Positions 13,959 through 25,984 of a stretch of 64,000 nucleotides of DNA are shown in pieces (within the stretch, counting starts at the first letter, position 1; every line of letters starts with the position of its first letter). The DNA lies in assembly GCA_907165135.1 (NCBI GenBank), contig OU015568.1, positions 5,828,001 to 5,892,000 of the forward strand, read 5' to 3'. The DNA comes from Oikopleura dioica (Eukaryota; Animalia; Chordata). Made by a program: the position numbers and the translations under genes. The notes under the pieces are model-generated. The model ran no database searches, was not told the origin of the DNA, and saw only the letters and a list, made by a program, of their open reading frames with translations.

Positions 13959-14624
13959 GTTGAAGTTAGACTTGAACTTTTAGCTCTTTTTCTTGGTTCA
14001 TTCAAGATAATTTTCTAGAACTTAAAGTTAAAAATATTTTTAAAAATTATTTAAAATTATTAAAAATATTTTAAAATTAATTATAATAATTCAAAATATT
14101 TTTAAAATTATTTAAAAAAATTAAAAATATTTTTAAGATTTTTAAAAATATTTTTAATTTTAGAGCTTTTTTTACTGAAAATCAAAGTAATCAAAGTTCA
14201 TCTTCAATTTTAGTTGAGAAGTCTTGACCGAGCAATAATCTGTTAAGCACGTGTCATTTGAACTCTGAAATAGATAGTTATCGCGCTGGCCCGGCTGTAA
14301 CGATTTCAACTCGAGCAACGATTTTTTCTTTTTATTTTCTCTCCGGCGGAAAAAGTTAAAAACACGCACTTTTCTCAGTTCAAAGTTTTGTCACAACGCA
14401 AAAGCCCAATTTTCCGAAAAACGAAAAAAAGCAAAAATTGCGAAGAAAAAAGAGAAACGATTTTCAAGAGAATTCGGAACTTGAATAAGGTCACCTTGGT
14501 ATCAAAATTTGCGCTGTGAAATAAAGATACAGGCAATTTTTGATACAGGGTAACATGAAACAAGTTACAGTCGACGAAATGCATCACAGAGAGTCCTGAC
14601 TCAGAAACCTCTGACTCAGGACTC

Positions 14625-14736
14625 CTGAGCTCGGCAACCTGTGCAGGAAACCTGAGTCAGGGTCTGAAAAAGCGGCTTTTTTCATTTTAGCTATTTCAGA
14701 CCCTGACTCAGGTTTTTTACTCAGGTTGTCGAGGCC
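14625..14736. mobile_element. CCTGACTCAGG-family MITE copy, with extra CTGACTCAG motifs just upstream
   Basis: Same inverted arms as the other copies. Confidence 0.7.
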
Positions 14737-14935
14737 ATAAAAATTTATGCTCTTTTCCAGAAAAGCGCTAGAAATCGTGTCATCGATGCAATTTTCCTTA
14801 AAAAATATGCAAAGTAAATATTCTTTGACAGCTTTTTTGAACGCTCTTATGCCACATTTTTGACAGAAATCCGGAATCAGATAAATAACCAACTCGATTT
14901 TTTCCGGAAATTATCTCATGCCCGCTGGCGCTTTT

Positions 14936-16099
14936 TTATTTTTGGATAGCAGAGAGAATAACGGAAGTGAAATCTTCGTAAAATTTCTCGACAGTTTCTG
15001 GCAACTCGTTCATCAGCGAATGATACGCTCCTTCGTAAGTAAACAGCTTGGATCCAGGAATCCGGTCATGAAGGAAGTAGGAAGACTCAGGGTTGATTAC
15101 TTGATCCTTTTCGCCGACAAAAATTGCAATCGGAATCTCAAGATTTTCCGGCAAGACCTCCGAATTCATCCATTCTTGTATTTTTGCCTGCGCATCGAGG
15201 GTTTTGATAGCCATATCGGCGTTATATCCGCCTTGGTCGCCATCTGGGCTAGGAAACCTGAGTAGAAAACCTGACTCGGGCTTTGAAGAGCCTTTATAAA
15301 AAGCAGTGGCTTCAGAAGTTTTCCATTTCAATTTATTTTTTAATATTGCGGCATTTTATTGGGGCTCTTCAGAACCTGACTCAAGTTTTCTACTCAGGTT
15401 GCCGAGCCCAGATGGCCATATTTTTCAAGATCAAGTTCCATTTGTTCGAGGTGCTCCTTGTTATTTTTGTAAAATCGCTCTTTTTCGATTTTTTTACCTT
15501 ATTTCTCGTGAGTAAATCGTGATTGATGTTCATTGGAGTCTTCATTTTAGGAAAACAACAATGAATAGCCCTTCCAAAAGCAATTAGCCATGAAGGTGCA
15601 GTTTTCCTATCCAACTTTATCGCCGGGGCAAGAAGAATAAACGAATCGACTTTCAGATCGTCATTTTTCATCGCAATCAGACCAAGTAGCGCACCAAGAC
15701 AAGAGCCGAGAAGAATAAATGGAAGGCCGGGATTTTCTTTCTTGGTAGCTTCGATTCGTGAGGAGAGATCGCTTGCCGCTTCGTCAAAGCTTCGTAGTTG
15801 ACAGCGATCGTGATGGGTGATTTCGAAGGGGCCGGATTTTCCGTGGGCGTAGTGATCATGGCTTTTTCAAGCTTTCTACTGTCTGCTTTGCGCATATTCA
15901 ACCTTGAAAGCTCGGGCCTGTAGACGACTCCCCCAAGACCTAGAATCTTCGGAATAAACTCTCTTCGATAACCATAGTCGTTCGCGAAATTTCCGTATCC
16001 ATGACTCAGATAAATTGCAAATTTCGGCTCCCCAACCGGCTCCCATTTATAAGTCTCTAGCTCGTAGCCGAACTCACTTTTAAATCTCCCGTTTTGCAT
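14936..16099 (-). CDS. Monoglyceride lipase-like alpha/beta hydrolase with GSCLG at the nucleophile elbow
   Basis: The spliced reading gives YLSHGY, HDHYAHGKSG, PFILLGSCLGA, FILLAPAI, VGEKDQVI and GAYHSL. Introns lie at 15862-15917 (GC-AG), ~15467-15508 (GT-AG) and 15244-15407 (GC-AG). Confidence 0.8.
15244..15411. mobile_element. CCTGACTCAGG-family MITE that constitutes an intron of the hydrolase gene
   Basis: Ends CTGGGCT...AGCCCAG flanked by AT on both sides (15242-15243, 15412-15413). Confidence 0.8.
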
Positions 16100-16419
16100 T
16101 TTATTATTAAAAATGCCTACCATCATAAATTTTGAGGACATAAACAGGAAGTGTTATATACATTGTTTCATAATCATGGTTTCGATTTCGAGAAAAAAAA
16201 TAAGCCGCGCTTTTTGCAGCTTTTTTGCAACATTTTCGATTCGAAAAAAGCCGAGAAGCCGCTTGCGGCTTCGAGCAAAATATTTTTAGCCGCACGACGC
16301 GCTGCTTTCTTACTCTTGCTTGTTCGAAGCCGCGAGCGGCTTTTCTTGTTTCGAAAATTTTGAAAACTGTATATTTTGAAATCAACAAGGAAGAAGAAAA
16401 TGGTCTAGACGCGGATATT

Positions 16420-17060
16420 TTCTAAATCAAGGTTCAGCTCAGTTTAAAAACTCAATCAGTCGGCGATGAGTTAAGTCTCCTCCGCGTTAATTATTGCGAC
16501 TCACAAAAACTCAGTCTTTTTAAACAAAGAGTGACAGGAGCAAAATTTTTGCATAACAATCGCTAATTCGCAAATCCGGTAAAAAGCGCTTGTTTTATCC
16601 GCTCTCTTGTCTGGTGTGAGAACGGAACAAAAATGTGGACGTCTGCTTTCAAATTTGAATAAGAGAGAGGTGCCCCATGCAAAATGCAATCTATTCTAAA
16701 TTCTAGCGTGAGCGATCAACTTCCGATTCGCGTCATCAGATCGGCCGCTTTTTGGCAGTGAAGGAATTTTAGAAAGACGCTTTTTTTCTTAAAAAATTTT
16801 CATTATTTTTCATAAATTTTATTTGATAAGGCTTTCGAAACTTATTAAATCTTCGAAAATGATATTTTTTATTTCAAAAATTTAATAAAAGGGCTTATAA
16901 TTGGTTCTTGAAAAATCCGAAAAATCTTGAAAAGTCAGCAAGGCAAAAAAAGAAGATCAAATAGAAAATGCAGCAATTCTGAATTCGCGTGAGAGGGCAA
17001 ATATCAAATACGCCTTTGCGTTCAGTCATTTTCCCTTCCAAACACGACCGAGCAATTTTT
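16420..17060 (+). repeat. Duplicated intergenic block, also at ~35678-36300 and partially at ~21140-21330
   Basis: A shared run begins CTAAATCAAGGTTCAGCTCAGTTTAAAAACTC in all three places. Confidence 0.8.
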
Positions 17061-17234
17061 GTTAAGGGTGGGTTTTATACGAGAGTTTCTCATGGCCTAC
17101 TGGGGCTCAAAGCAACCGACAGGGTCGCCGAATCAAACAAGTGGAAGTGATGAGGTTTTCAACAGGTAAATGAATGATGATGTCGAGAGCTTTTTCGATA
17201 GAATCTCCTTTTTTTCAGCCCTGTTTCTTCCCGA

Positions 17235-17568
17235 ATGCAGCGTTTTGAAACAAAAAATGATTTGAATATTCCCGAAAGCCCGGGAAATTCTCCTGCAATG
17301 CCGAAAAAGCCAGCTGCTATTCCTCTCTGTGATTCCGTCTCGCCTCAAAAATCCCCACAGCAGGAGCATCAAGCAACTTCTGCTTCTGATGAGTCATCAA
17401 CTTCCACTGGACTGCCCCAAAAACAAAGAGCTTCGAGCTTGGGCTTGTCAGTAAAACCTAACTCAGAACCAAACGCGGCCAAAAAACAGCAATTCAAAAA
17501 ACTCGATTATATTTCTGGCGACGAAGAAGGCGAGCAAACGGGCAGTTCTCGATTTAAAAGGCAAGTCG
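17235..17568 (+). pseudogene. N-terminal fragment of the MPKKP... coiled-coil gene, fused to an inverted hydrolase fragment
   Basis: It is co-linear with 36552-36812 up to AAGGCAAGTCG, then switches to hydrolase sequence. Confidence 0.7.
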
Positions 17569-17870
17569 ATCCACTTCTGTATCTTTTTCTGCGCATCAAG
17601 CGTTTTGATAGCCATATCGGTGTTATATCCGCTTTGGTCGCGATGTGGGCTCGCCAACCTGAGTGGAAAACCTGAGTCATGCTTTGACGAGCCTAAATGA
17701 AAAGCAGAGGCTTCTTAAAATTTCTATTTCAATCTATTTTCAATATTGGCGAAGCCGCTCCGCGGCTTATTTTTAAGAAGCCGCTGGGCGGCCTTTCATT
17801 CTGGCTCTTCAGAACCTGACTCAGGTTTTTCACACAGGTTGGCGAGCCCAGATGGCCATATTTTTCAAGG
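17569..17870 (-). pseudogene. Internal fragment of a hydrolase paralogue that retains the MITE intron (17645-17851)
   Basis: Matches ~15168-15430, including the AT-flanked MITE at the same site. Confidence 0.75.
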
Positions 17871-18209
17871 ATATATGATTCGTAAATTATGATCTTCGGG
17901 ATTGAAAAGGACTTGTTTACTCATAATAAAGGGGAGGTGTCTAGAGCCGACAAAAAATCCTATAAAAATTTTTATAATGCTTGTAAGCGGTAAATTATAT
18001 TTCTATGACGATAAACGCAAACAAGTCATTCTTCTTTACGTTTAGCAATTTCAAGAGATTTTTATTTTTATATTTTAACCATTTTTAGAAGAATGGAGCG
18101 CTCTTTGCAAAAGTTATCAAAAAAAAATATGAAAAAAAATTATCATCAATCATCAATGATTCATTATTTTTGACAAGGTTTATTATTTATTTGATAATTC
18201 CATGAAAGA

Positions 18210-20964
18210 AGAACGGAAGGTTTGGGTCAATCGAAAATGCTTCCTTTGAAAACGACCGCGGAGTCACGAAAGCTGTCGACACGGAAAGTGGTGCGTCCGT
18301 TATAATCAAGTGGATCACGGCTAAGGGGCCAAAGTACATCAAAGCAGCTGAAGAAGAGGCCCAAAAACTGCGAGATTTGAGCGCGCAGTGCCAGTTTATC
18401 GTCAAATTTATCGACTTTTTGCCAAAAGTGCGGCCAGACTGGTGGGAGTGGAGTATTTTGTCCTTCATCGTCATGGAGTTCTGCCCTGGTGGTTCTTTGA
18501 AAGACTGGGTTGATGCAAGAAAGGCGCAAGGTCGGAGAACTACTGTCAAAGAAGCGACTGTAATCGGGACGCAAATTGCTTTGGCGCTGAGTTTTTGCCA
18601 TTCTCGAAAAATCGCACACTTGGATGTCAAACCAGCAAATGTGATGATGATGAGCGACGGCTATACTGTAAGAACGATCTTAAGCAGAGTTGCAAATTTG
18701 GCTATATTTTCGTTGAACTGAGCTGAGCTGCCATGTGTGAGAAATTCTCTGAGCTGAGCTTAGCTAAGCTGACCTATTTCGGAGCTCACTGAGCCGAGCT
18801 GACCATTTTCAGAGGTCAATGAGCTGAGCTGAGCAGACCTTTTTAAGGTAGCTGAGCTGAGCTGAGCAAACCCTTATTTGAGCTGAGCTGAGTGAGATGG
18901 GTTGAGCTGTTTTTTACTGTATTTAAGTGGTGAAATTGTGTTAAAATTGTTCAGCTTAGCTGAGCTGAGCTGAATGATACTTGCCTGAGCTTAGCTGAGC
19001 TGAGCAGAACAGTTCATGTTCGAGAATAATTGAGCTGAGCAGACTTATTTTTTAAGGTAGTTGAGCTGAGCTGAGCAGACCCTAATTTGAGCTGTATGAG
19101 CTGGGTTAAGCTGTTTTATACTGTTTTTAAGTAGTGAAATTGTGTAGGAATTATTTAGCTGTGCTCAGCTTAGCAGATTAATTCATTTACGAAAATCAGT
19201 GAGCCAAGCTCAGCTCACTCAGCCAGCTCAGCTCACTAAGCTCACCAAATTTGCAACTCTTATCTTGAGAGCTTTATCTCAAAAACATTTAGATCAAACT
19301 AGGCGATTTCGGCATATCATCGCTTCTCGATACTGTCAGAGACACGATAACAACAAAAGGCCTGCAAGGAATCGTCGAACATACTCTTCTCTACATCACT
19401 CCAGGAAATTTTTAAATTACTAAACACTAGAAATAAGAGCAGAAAATGAGAATTTTGAAAGAATTTCTTAGAAACCGGGTCGATTCACAGTCGCCAAGAA
19501 TCGACGTTTGGGGATTCGGACTTGTTCTTCAAGAGATGATCACCCTCGAGCACGCGTTTGGTCGTCAAGAAGGACAGCCAGCTGATGAGATTAGAATTGG
19601 TAAAAATTAACACTTTTTATCCTTATCCAATTATTCTCTACAGTCGAGAACATGAAGTTTGGAAAACGAACTAATTTTTTTCAAATATTCGGAGAAACGG
19701 ACGAATTTGGGGAATTCGAAATTCTGATTCAAAAATGTCTTCATCCAACTAGAGAATTGCGCCCAAATAACATGATGATTGTGAAGAACGTAGAGATCTT
19801 CTCCGATTTTGTCCAACGGATCGAGCGAGGGGAGCTTCCAAGTGATATCATGGCAACTTCAGGGGAAATGATAGAAAAATTACGAGATGAAAATCGGCAG
19901 AAAGATCAACAAATTCAAGTTCTCGAGAACATTGTCAAAAATCAGATTCGCGAATTCGATCGTCTCAAAAAAGTACCTTTTTATATGAAATTTGAATAAT
20001 ATCAAAGAAAGGAACTCGATTCTGAATGTGAAACAGAAGAATTTGGGCCTAATCGGATGAAAACTGAGCTTCACTGGAAAAACGAAGAACTTCAGGTTCA
20101 TTTCAAAATAACAATTCAATGAAATGCTTTTTAGTCTCTTCATCGTCGAATTCATGAGCAAGATCGCGAAATTTCCCGACTTTCCAGAGCCGAAGAAGAC
20201 CTCCATCGAAACATCAAAGAACTGATGACTAAGCATGAAGACATCGTTCTTCAAAAAATGCAAGCAGAAGAACAGCTCCAAGATTATGCGCAAAGAAACG
20301 AAGCTGATCAGAAAATAATTGAAGAACTACGAGTAAAGATTTTGAGCTTGGAAGACAAAATACGCATTTACCGATGTATAGAAACCGGGCGACGGGGTTG
20401 GATCACTGATTTTGTATTTCTGTACAGTCAAATATTGTAAGGTTCATTTTATCTGATTGAGGAGTGCTTTATCACTGCGCCTGTTAAAACGAGATGTTAA
20501 TTTCCAAAGATTTGTTTATTTACAAAAAATAACTTAACGTTAGATCAATATAATATCACTTTACAAATTTTTCTTATGCCAGAATACATTGGTATAATCC
20601 ACTGTAGGTAGTTACAAGGTTTGTGAAACCAACCCCCTGGTAAGCCGTGCGTATAAATCATTTACGTATAATAGAAAAAAAGAAAATAAAGATCAAGAAG
20701 ATAAAGTTGAAATATTTGAAGAACTTGATGAAGGTACTTCTTTACTTTCATTATTCGAGCCTTATTTGAATTAAAGGGAATATACTGAGCTGTGTTATTT
20801 GCATGGAAAGATACAATGGAGGCGACCATTTCTGCTGCGTGCTTCCTTGTGGTCATCGATTTGGAAATACCTGCATCAAAGCATCGATAGCCCAGCGCCC
20901 AAAATGTCCGACTTGTAACAAACCATGCAAAGTTGAACAACTCATCAAAATATTCGTTCATTAA
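18210..20964 (+). CDS. Ser/Thr protein kinase - coiled coil - RING gene, copy 1 (3' exon structure uncertain, possibly degenerate)
   Basis: Kinase motifs IIKW, EEEAQK, HLDVKPAN, KLGDFG, YITPE, DVWGFG and LIQKCL..RP are present. Coiled-coil exons follow, and a RING exon at 20777-20964 is in phase with an upstream FEELDE exon. Confidence 0.65.
18686..19260. mobile_element. TIR element rich in AGCTG repeats inside a kinase intron
   Basis: TIRs AGAGTTGCAAATTTGG / CCAAATTTGCAACTCT. It is absent from the equivalent intron of copy 2. Confidence 0.75.
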
Positions 20965-21339
20965 GAAAAAATTTGAACATAAAATCTTTTACCGAAATTT
21001 TCAGCCCGAAACTTTCGGGCCGAAAGTATCTTCAATAAACTTTAATCTTGAACTGATTTAATTTTTAAATCAACGAGGACTTTTTTGAAAAAAGAAAGAA
21101 ATTGCTTTTTCGAAAAATGGTCTAGACGCGGATTTCTTCTAAATCAAGGTTCAGCTCAGTTTAAAAACTCGGTCAGTCGGCGATGATTTAAGTCTCCTCC
21201 GTGTTATTGTCACTCACAAAAACTCATTCTTTTTAAACAAAAATGACAGGAGCAAAATTTTTGCATAACTATCGCAAATTCGCAAATCCGGTAAAAAGCG
21301 CTTGTTTTATCCGCTCTCTTGTCTGGTCTGAGAAGGTAA

Positions 21340-21515
21340 CTAGACGACTCCTCCAAGAGCTAGAATCTTTGGAATAAGCTCTCTTCAATGACCATAGTCG
21401 TTCGCGAAATTTCCGTATCCATGATTTAGATAAATTGCAAATTTTGGCTCGCCAACCGGTTCCCATTTCTCTAAATTATATCCAAACTCACTTTAAAATC
21501 TCCCGTTTTGCATTT
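21340..21515 (-). pseudogene. Degenerate copy of hydrolase exon 1
   Basis: Matches ~15920-16105 (GACCATAGTCGTTCGCGAAATTTCCGTATCCATGA shared). Confidence 0.75.
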
Positions 21516-21909
21516 TTTAATGAATATTTAGTCTTTGTTCGGCTTATTTTTGAGGAGCAAACAGGATGTACTTGAATCATTATGGGGATGACTTATTAGC
21601 TTTAGACTCGGGATCGAAAAGGACTTATTTACTTATAATAAAGGGAAGGCGTCTGGAACCGACTGAAAATGCCAACAAAATTTTAAAATGTTTGCAAGCA
21701 GCAAATTCTAACACTATGACTGACACCATAATACGCAAACAAGTCATTGTGCTTTACGTTTCGCAATTTCAAGAGATTTTTTAACCAAGAATGGAGAGGT
21801 CTTTGCCAAAGTTATCAAAAAAATAGGAAAAATAATTTTATTATGTATTATGAATTAGTAATCATTATTTATGACAAGTTAAATTTTTATGTTTGATAAT
21901 TCGATGAAA

Positions 21910-24144
21910 GAAAAACGGAAGGTTTGGGTCAATCGAAGATGCTCCCTTTGAAAACGACCGCGGAGTCACAAAAGCTGTCGACAAGGAAAGTGGTGCGACT
22001 GTTATGATCAAGTGGATCACGGCCAAAGGGCCAAAGTATATCAAAGCAGCGGAAGAAGAGGCGCAAAAACTGCGAGATTTGAGCGCACAGAGCCGGTTTT
22101 TCGTCAAATTCATCGACTTTTTGCCAAAAATGCGGCCGGACTGGTGGGAATGGAGTATTTTGTCCTTTATCGTCATGGAGTTCTGCCCCGGTGGCTCTTT
22201 GAAGGACTGGATTGATGCAAGAAAACCCCAAGGTCGGAGAACTACTGTCAAGGAAGCGACTGTAATCGGAACGCAAATTGCTTTGGCGCTGAGTTTTTGC
22301 CATTCTCGAAAAATTGCTCACTTGGATGTCAAACCCGCAAATGTGATGATGATGAGCGATGGCTTCACTGTAAGATTGAACTTGAGAACTATATCTCAAA
22401 AACATTAAGATCAAACTGGGCGATTTCGGCATTTCAACACTTCTCGATTCAGTTCGAGACACTATTACAACCAAAGGCTTGCAAGGAATCGTCGAGCATA
22501 CTCTTCTCTACATCACTCCAGGAAATTTTTAAATGACTGAAGTTCGCTGAAAAAGGAAGTAGGGGTTATCCTTCGAGCTTGCCTCGAATTCACTACATGC
22601 CTCCTGGCGCAGCTATAATTCGAGCCGCTCGAATGTTACAGATGTCATTTGAGCGCCTATAAATTATACTTTCTCTTACCCTTTTCAGAAAACTTTTGAC
22701 GCAGAAGACTTTTATTATATACCTTTAGCTCGAATTTTAGGTAGTCGAAATACGCCTATTGCATTCGAGCACCTCGAATTATAAGTTTTCAAGAGACATT
22801 TATAACATTCGAACGACTCGAATTATAGCTGCTCCAGGAGGCATGTAGTGAATTTGAGGCAAGCTCGAAGGATAGCCCCTCACTACGCTGAGAAATCGCG
22901 GGTAAACACAAATGCTCCGAATTCAGCAGCCTTGGACTTAACACTAAAAATAAGAGCAGAAAATGAAAATTTTGACAGAATTTTTGAGAAACCGGATCGA
23001 CTCGGAATCGCCAAGAATCGACGTTTGGGGATTTGGACTTGTTCTTCAAGAGGTGATTACCCTTGAGCACGCCTTTGGTCGTCAAGAAGGACAGCCAGCT
23101 GATGATATCAGAATTGGTAAAAATCAACACTTTTTATCCTTATTTATCAAAAATTCTCTACAGTCGAAAACATGAAGTTTGGAAAACGAACTAATTTTCA
23201 AATCTTCGGAGAAACGGAGGAATTCGGGGAATTCGAAACTCTGATTCAAAAATGTCTTCGTCCAACTAGAGAATCGCGCCCAAATAACATGATGATTGTG
23301 AAGAACGAAGAGATCTTCTCCGATTTTGTCCAACGGATCGAGCGAGGGGAGCTTCCAAGTGATATCATGGCAACTTCAGGGGAAATGATAGAAAAATTAC
23401 GAGATGAAAATCGGCAAAAAGATCAACAAATTCAAGTTCTCGAGAATATTATCAAAAATCAGATTCGCGATTTTGAAAGCCTCAAAAAAGAGTTTGAAGA
23501 GGAAAAAGCAGCTGGACATGAGGATCTTATAAACCACGTTGATGAGTTCACTCAGGAATTGGAAATAATAACGACTGAAAGGTAAATCAGTTAATTATAA
23601 AAAAAGTCTGCAATAACAGCTCTCTTATAGAAACGATCTTGTTGCCGAAAACAAATGCATCAAGGAGCGAAACGAAACTCTCGACACGAAGAACAAGCAA
23701 ATGGAACTCGATCTCGCTGCAAAAGACGAAGAAATAAAGCAAATTCGAGCCGAATTCCTTGAAGGAGCAGTCAAGCGAGCCGATCACATCAAGCTCAAGA
23801 ATGACTACAATGCTCTTATTGACGAACTGGAGAAGCAAGAAGCTCGAGTCAAAAAAGAAATGGTTTCAAAGGCTGCTTTTGCCGCGATGGAGCGAAGCAA
23901 GGAAAACTACAAAAACAAGCTCATCGAGAAAAACGAAGAAATTGAGCTATATCACGAAGAAATGGAAGCTCATTTTTCTAAGATAATGAATTTACAAGAA
24001 AATCAGCAAAAAACCTATCAAGAATGGCTTCTAACAATGAAGAAGAAGAAGGAGCAAAAATGGATACTAGCGCTTGAAAACTCAAAAATGCCGAAGAAAC
24101 CAGAAGCTGCTTCTCTTGCTGCTACGGTCAAGCCTCAAAAATGA
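21910..24144 (+). CDS. Ser/Thr protein kinase - coiled-coil gene, copy 2; its C-terminus is replaced by an MPKKPE... fragment and it has no RING
   Basis: Same kinase motifs as copy 1. Coiled-coil exons are shared with 36552-38350, and the stop is at 24144. The start exon is not resolved. Confidence 0.7.
22560..22880. mobile_element. Palindromic MITE in the GA-AG intron of kinase copy 2
   Basis: ~90-bp inverted arms (TCCTTCGAGCTTGCCTC...CTACATGCCTCCTGG vs CCAGGAGGCATGTAG...GAGGCAAGCTCGAAGGA). It is absent from copy 1. Confidence 0.8.
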
Positions 24145-24243
24145 AATTTCTGGTGACGAAGAAGGCAAGCAAACGGGCCTTTTTCGATTCAGAAATTGAA
24201 CCTGAAATCTTTGATTTAAGTGTTATAAATAAATTTTAACCTT

Positions 24244-24517
24244 CGTGGAAAGCTACATCAACACCCCACGGCGATGCTGCTGTTGCAATCTTGGTTCAAT
24301 CTGTTATCTACATCTTTGTGCAAATCTGTGCAGTGCGAGCCACAGCGGGTCATTCCTAGAGAACCCGTTGTGGTAAGTACAACTTCTATCTTCTCAGTAA
24401 CTTTGACTAAACTAGTGCTTTCCGTATTTATTGGAAAAGTACAGAAACAACAACATTTCGACTCGTTACTTGTACGCATTCTTCGATCAGCAGGCGCAGC
24501 AGGCTCGCACTTCCACG
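24244..24517 (+). repeat. 5' LTR
   Basis: CGTGGAAAG...CTTCCACG; it matches 35319-35592 with no difference found by eye. Confidence 0.95.
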
Positions 24518-24532
24518 TGGTAACTGCAAGTG
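24518..24532 (+). promoter_or_regulatory. Putative primer-binding site (tRNA not identified)
   Basis: TGGTAACTGCAAGTG directly after the 5' LTR; TGG is complementary to tRNA CCA. Confidence 0.6.
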
Positions 24533-24582
24533 AAAGTTTTATCACGACTGATTCTACTTGTTCGAACTCCCCCCGAAGAGTC

Positions 24583-25984
24583 ATGAGCGGTACATCGCTA
24601 ACTGAAATCGTCAACGCTGGAAAAGGGACGCTCTCAGCAGCAGACCTCAAGAGCAAGGCGAAAACAAGAAAAGTGATCGAAGCTCTCGCACAATCACAAA
24701 CGGACCAGTACGTCTCATGCGACATGATACTTCGCGCGAAATGGCTGTGGACAGGTCATGGCCAGGACTTAACGCCGAAAGACAACAAGCTGGGTGTACC
24801 GACGACGTTTGTGGATCTGGTGAAGATGGTGCAGAGTAAAGCACTTGAAAGAGCCGACATAACTGCCTCAAACGAAGAGTACTTGAGGTACATCGCTGGA
24901 ACTGAAGTGACCATCGAAAAAAGAAGGTGGCTACAGTATAGAGATCCAGCAGCGACGGAGTCTGACATCAACAAGGACTCGGAGAGAGAAAGCTCAGCAT
25001 TCTTCGAGAAATTGAAGAGTGACAAGTACTCTGATGCAGAACTTCTAGTACAAGCGACACGGAAAGCACGCACGATTATGAAAACAGCACTAGGATCGGA
25101 TGACCCAACGATCATATCCATAAAGAAGTCAGTACTTCGAGGGGGTCATTACCGAGACTTAAACGAATTCATTTCGATCTGCCAGGATCAGGATGGTTGC
25201 CAGGACATAGCGAACGAAAACGTAGCGATTACGGATTTTGCGCGGGAACTCAAACGGAACTTGTCGCACAATCTGGGTCAAGCGAATCTGAAGCAGCTGG
25301 CACTATTCTATTCGGGCGCACTACAAGACAATTTGGCTGCTGGCGATGACAAGAAGGTGAAAACACAGAATGTCGACGGCAGAAAGCTGAGCAGAAGTCT
25401 TGCGGAAGAAGAATCGCCCATCATCTCAAGAACAGCAGTAGCGTTAGCTTTGACTCACTGCGATGACCGAACTCTAACGAGGATAGAGCGGGAATATAGA
25501 TCTCAATCGGGAAAAACAACATCACCGGAGGATCTCCCGCTCGATCTAACGAAGTTCCTTTCGATCGCAACGCTGGAGGCGGCGAAGACGAGCCAAAAGC
25601 GTTGGAGTAAGGAAGGTTGAAAGCGAACCGAAGAGCGAGGTCACGGAGGAAGTAAAGTTCGTAAAGTCGAAGCAGGGCAAGAAGGGGAAAAAGGATGATA
25701 AGAAGAAAGGGGAAGGTCAAAACGTCCAGAAAAAGGAGGACGAGAGAAGCCCAAACGAACCGGAGAGACCACCCTGCCCCTACTGTGCTCTAAGATTCAA
25801 CACGGTGGTATTTCACTCGAAGGGATGGAGATGCCGCAGCAAGTACATCACAAACGAACGAAAACACTACGATGGCAAAGCAAGACAGGAGAAAAGGGAT
25901 GAAAGGAAGGGCGAATCACTGAAGCAAGTCACAGAATCATCGAGTGTCTACAGCGCGTTGAAGCTGAGTGAAGATGATCTATGA
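24583..25984 (+). CDS. gag: Gag, with a +1 frameshift near 25595; ends at TGA 25982-25984
   Basis: ATG at 24583, and frame 1 is open to 25620. Frame 2 carries a lysine-rich tail and a CX2CX9HX5C knuckle (25775-25834) and is in frame with pol. Confidence 0.8.

Noticed and set aside
14025-14170. Almost pure A/T quasi-palindromic tract
   Set aside because: Low-complexity sequence with no defined termini; no function can be supported.
24274-24582. Gag N-terminal extension given by the ORF track (start 24274)
   Set aside because: It lies within the LTR and PBS and is repeated in the 3' LTR. The first plausible start after the PBS is ATG 24583.
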